This document shows positions 59,636-64,000 of a DNA stretch of 64,000 nt, in pieces (the first letter of the stretch is position 1; the number at the start of each line of letters is the position of its first letter). The stretch is from Rhodosorus marinus CCMP1338. Its lineage: Eukaryota; Plantae; Rhodophyta. The DNA is taken from the NCBI GenBank assembly GCA_029953675.1, contig JAMWBK010000004.1, positions 2,480,001-2,544,000 on the forward strand. The letters run 5' to 3'. The position numbers and the translations under genes are program-made. Below the pieces are notes generated by a model. It ran no database searches, was not told where the DNA came from, and worked only from the letters and a program-made list of their open reading frames with translations.

Positions 59636-60907
59636 GCTCCCAATCTTCTTTTAAGACGCGAAACCAAAACCAAAACAAAAAAACCGTATGCAATACCGCG
59701 AGTCACTTGATGGTCCCCTGTTTTTCGTTCCAACTACCTCGCTCGTCCTTCCTCACTATAAATATCAACGCTGCTCAACACTCAAAAGCCAGATACCAAA
59801 ATGCTTCCAGCTCTGTCTGCTCCAACATTCCCCCTCTCCCGCCACATACTTCTTGCAAGCCCAATGCTGAACAACACAATCCTCCACCTCAACAGCCAAT
59901 ACGGAGACAGAAGGCACCACCCACCCCTAACCAGCACAATAGATTTCCTCGACATGATTCTCAATAAACAAAATAGTAAACTTATTTCGCTGCTTCTACT
60001 TTCTCAATGTCTAGGTATACCCCTAGGTTGTAGTTAGTGCCAGCGTGGTCTTCTCCGTGAGTGTCAGCTTGTTCGAGTCAGTCAAGAAAAATCTGTGTAG
60101 CCAATGAACAGGAGTATTGACTATATATTCAATCTAAATGAAAACTATTATCTAATGAATATAGTACAAGTGTCTTTATGCTCTGAAATTTGATAATTTA
60201 GGACCCACTTTGATTGAGCTCATGAGCGAAAATCGAGGACTGGGGAAGAATCGCGCGGGGGAGGGGGTTTGCAACAACTTCACTTTGTCGGGAGCAACTA
60301 CATCGAACATTGCGAAGACTGTTCTCCCACGGTTCATCGAGTGAGAATACTGAATGTCTGTCGGTAGGAGTGGCTTCTTAGGGTAGTTTGAATGAACAGA
60401 TCATGAGCACCTCGCGAAACTAGATCAAGGTTGGAAGTGTCCAGGTTTTGCAATCTTTTTTTTTTTTTCCCAGTGTATGCACTATTCCACCTGGAGTATA
60501 CTTCGAACGTTGAGCCAGGACTCGTCGTTTGATATAATCAGATATGTCGCCCGTCCAAAGTCTTCCATCTTGATTCGGAGCGCATGTGCATTTCTTGGGA
60601 GGATGACTGTCTCTTTCCCTAGACTTCTGGACGCGGCGGAAAACCCGTTCTGGGTGGGGTGCATTCAATCATGCTTCAAGTGATCCAAAAGCATTCCGAG
60701 CTTGTATCAAAGGCAGTTGCTATACATGTGGGTCGCAACTTCTTGAGTTGGTTGAATCGTCGTTTATAACTTTATTATTGGCTTCATCTGGAGAAAACGC
60801 TAGCTTGCAAGCGCATAGATCCGGGTTTAAGATGAACAGCATAAAGTCTATCCAATCGCAAGCGGCTTGTCACGCTCCTCAGCATGGGCACAAAGTTTTC
60901 ATGCATT

Positions 60908-61445
60908 TCAAGCAACCGGAGCTTCCTCCACTTTCCCTTCTGCCTTAGGCGGGTTCAGCTTCTTCTCGAGTTCCTCAATTTTTTCATCGCGCATTATGAC
61001 CTGCTTCTTCCAGCGTTCGTCCCTTTCCGCTTTAACTGCTTTCTATCTCAGAGGGCCAGAAACCAAAGTTCACGCGTTAACTAGTGAGGATTCCCGGACT
61101 GAATCAGTTACAAAGCGTCCAATTTTGTTTCGTACGTACGAATTGCTTGTTTCCTGCAAAGATGCCAAAGATCAGTGCGCTTGCCCTTACAAACTAATAG
61201 TTAAAACAGTTGAAAATGGAACAGAAAAAAGAGTCTTCGGTTAGAGGCTACTCGGAAACGCGCGAAGTGACCACCAGTCACGCAAATTCCTCATCCCAGA
61301 CGCAATTTTTGAGAACTACAAAACGCCCAGAAGATGATCACATATGCAAAAAGCGAGCGAACAATTCTTGCAAACGACATACGTGCCCGATAGATGAGTA
61401 TGACCGCAACGTCACCGCAGTAGAAGCAACCGCCGAAGTCGCCAT
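60908..61445 (-). CDS. Small multi-exon hypothetical protein with C-terminal coiled coil; possibly organelle-targeted
   Basis: MATSAVASTAVTLRSYSSIGH followed by GTATGT donor; last exon KAVKAERDERWKKQVIMRDEKIEELEKKLNPPKAEGKVEEAPVA*. The internal exon phases are not fully resolved. Confidence 0.4.
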
Positions 61446-62423
61446 CCGAGTCCCTCCTCTACTCGTAACGCAAAGTCCGAATCCCCAAACCCCCAACAGC
61501 CGCTCTCAAACCTTAGCACTACTCCACGCGAAAACAAGACGTTTCCGCCGAAAACCAAGCGTGGAACCAACAACTGGAACCTAGTCCAAGACACGTCTAT
61601 TCAATCGACCTCTTTTTACCACCGTTTCCGATCTCCTGTAGACCATAAACAATGGAAAAGGTACACAATTTTCCCACCCAATGCAAACCGATCAACCTTC
61701 ACCTCCCCGATTGACCTGGGACCAACACCAGCTCTGCGTGTAGAAAACGGACTTCCAATCGACCCCAACCAAAAACTAAGAAAACGATGCTCAAATTGAA
61801 GGACTCTTAAAATTACCCCCTTAATCAACCATAATTAAATGAATAAGCACTTGTTTTAGATCAAAGACGCTAGTCTTTCCAGGGAATTCATCCCCAGTTC
61901 CGGAGGGGTAGATTATTTTCAGCGAGATTAGTACTAGTAGTTTGTAGTATCAGCAGTACAAACCACTATTCTTGTTTGTACGCAAGCTTGCTCAGGAGCT
62001 CCTGACGTTTGGCCGTTCAAAAGAATTCTGGGCGCTGCGTCATGTGGGGTTGGGCATTGTGGTTACTGTCAGCGTGCAGTTCGGTAGAAACCACCCGAGG
62101 AAGGGTGGTTCTTTTCCCGGGACAAAGATTTTAGGGGAAAGTAGGACGTTGTGCAGCTGTATAGGTGGTTGGGGGTTGGGAGGGGGATGACGAGCTGCGG
62201 CTCAGCTATCTTCGGCTACAGCGTGAATCCGGTTCTAAAAATACTACGGGTTTTATAATATTAAAGATTTCCTCTATTGTTACAGCACCTTCCCGGGGTG
62301 CAAATAAGTCATCACATATATGTTTTTCTTCATGATCATTCATCAGCCAACATCGCTTCCAGCCCGTGAATGGCGGCTGCCCCTTCCAATTCCTCCATTT
62401 GTAGTATACACCATTCCACCATG

Positions 62424-64000
62424 CTACGCAATCTTCAGGGTAGGTGACTCGACTTGCTGTTGATCTTCATCGCTCAAGCTTATCTTGTCGAACAAGTCCA
62501 CAAGGTTCTTCTTCTCCTCCTCCTTGAACCTTTTGTAGGTGAATCCAGCAAACTGTACATCACTCTCCTTCACTTTCCACGTCTCGAGCTCTTTGCGAAA
62601 GCTTCCTCTCCTGCTCTGCATGGAGCATGAAGGAGAAGACAACGGTGAACAGCTCAAGTCCCTATCCTCCGAATTGGTGGAAAGCTGGGAACTACCCCTC
62701 GTTGTTTCACAAAAGTCACGCTTTTGCCTGTCACTCTCTTCCTCTTCGGGCAAGTCGAAGTATTTCAAGTCGACTCTGGACGAGAGCTGTGGGACGAAAG
62801 GTGGTTCTTCACCCAGAATAGTGTCCCAATTTATGTTCCTAAAGAACGGGTGCTTCTTAATCTCTTCAACTCCGCTGCTGCCCAGCCTTGAATTCCTCCC
62901 ACATAAGAGCTTGATGATTAGGTCTCGAGCCTCGTCGCTAACTGCCATCTCCGACGGGAACGTCAAGTAGGTTTCCCAATTCAACACACGGTGGCACACA
63001 TCTTCAGGTGTGATGCTGCAGAAGGGTGGATGCCCGATGAGCATCTCATACAATACACATCCGACGGACCACCAGTCACAGTCTTCGCTATAAGCATCAC
63101 CAGCCAACACTTCAGGGGCAATGTAGTCGGGAGTTCCGACGGTTGAGAATTTTTGCCTCCGCGAGAGCTTCCTCCAAGCTCCGCGCCTCGTCCAATAGTC
63201 CTCTGCCTGGGGTAAGCTTGGCTCTAGTGCGAACGTTGCCCTTCTAACTGCCTTAGAGACTGCAGGTCGGCAAAGTCTTAGAGCTTTGCTCAGGCCGAAA
63301 TCCGCTAGCGCAAGATGCCCATCTTCGGCAAACAGAATGTTGTCGGGCTTCACATCTCTATGTATTATTCCGTGCTTGTGGAGACGTTCCACCGCGAGTA
63401 CAAGTTCCGCTCCAGTCCTTGCCACGAAGTCTTCAGACACGGTCTAAAGTAGCAGAAACAAAGAAGTTCTCAGTCAGCGTCTTCTTGCTAGCCAAAATGT
63501 GCATTTTTAAAAGAAATACCTTACCACTTCGCGGGATAGTAGGCCAAGCAGGTCTCCTCCTTGTAGAAACTCCATGACCATGTAAAGATTTTCTTCGTCC
63601 TGAAACGCAAAATGCAGGGAACACCCCGAATTCTGAAGAGCGACGAGTATTGAGCGTTCCAACCATACTCTCGACACTTGATCACGTCTCAACATTTCCC
63701 TCTTTGAGAGTTTCTTCATAGCATATATGCATCCATCACGAGCATACTGTACGAGACTAACTGTCCCAAAGGATCCGGTCCCAAGGGTTTGAAGTTCCTC
63801 AAAATCACTGAGGGACACGTTTTGCATTTGGGTAAATACTTTGCACACATCCTCTCGAGACCACAGCTTCCTAATCCTATCTTTCCCCTCTTCTGACAAT
63901 GGTATCCTCTCTTCCAGCTGTGCCTCTCTCTTCAACCTAACTTCTCCGCGTTCCTTGACATTGGCGAGGCACTTCTCAATCAATACCTTACCAAACTCTG
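62424..64000 (-). CDS. AGC Ser/Thr kinase of the NDR/LATS family; 5' end beyond the window
   Basis: LGTGSFGTV; YAMKKL; FAFQDEENLYMVMEFLQGGDL; HRDVKPDNIL; LADFGLS plus a long activation-segment insert; STVGTPDYIAPEV; hydrophobic motif FAGFTYKRF; a basic MOB-binding-like segment upstream. Confidence 0.95.

Overview
This is eukaryotic nuclear DNA from a compact, intron-containing genome. Introns are GT-AG, mostly 70-145 bp, and often carry a CTAAC/CTAAT branch point. The source is most likely a unicellular red alga (inference): many genes start with a short M-x(1-5)-G-F-[VL] plastid transit peptide, and the phosphoglucan water dikinase lacks a transit peptide, as expected for cytosolic floridean starch. 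I can support about 25 protein-coding genes: a JmjN/JmjC demethylase (partial), a nuclear-encoded bacterial-type uS8, a YkgJ/UPF0153 protein, a WD40 protein, an RRN7/TAF1B-like protein, thymidine kinase, a PPR protein, a very large repeat protein, a plastid acyl-CoA/acyl-ACP synthetase, PEX2, a plastid membrane protein, presenilin, an FH2 formin, PWD, a divergent USP, a GST, an LSMT-like SET protein, a YebC/TACO1 protein, two paralogous alpha/beta-hydrolase-fold proteins, UDP-glucose 4-epimerase and an NDR kinase (partial). There is also a decayed Ty1/copia RT fragment and several degenerate tandem repeats. The standout is an 11-exon, ~1,490-aa, plastid-targeted, acidic and probably disordered protein at 16105-21426. 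It is built from exon-duplicated modules carrying more than 10 copies of an RDPxKETDFWRxxA-type motif and 4 copies of a PKWVYP..W.SWN motif, making it a candidate multivalent plastid scaffold such as a red-algal pyrenoid/Rubisco linker (hypothesis only). I found no CRISPR arrays, tRNA or rRNA. All calls were made by eye without database searches.
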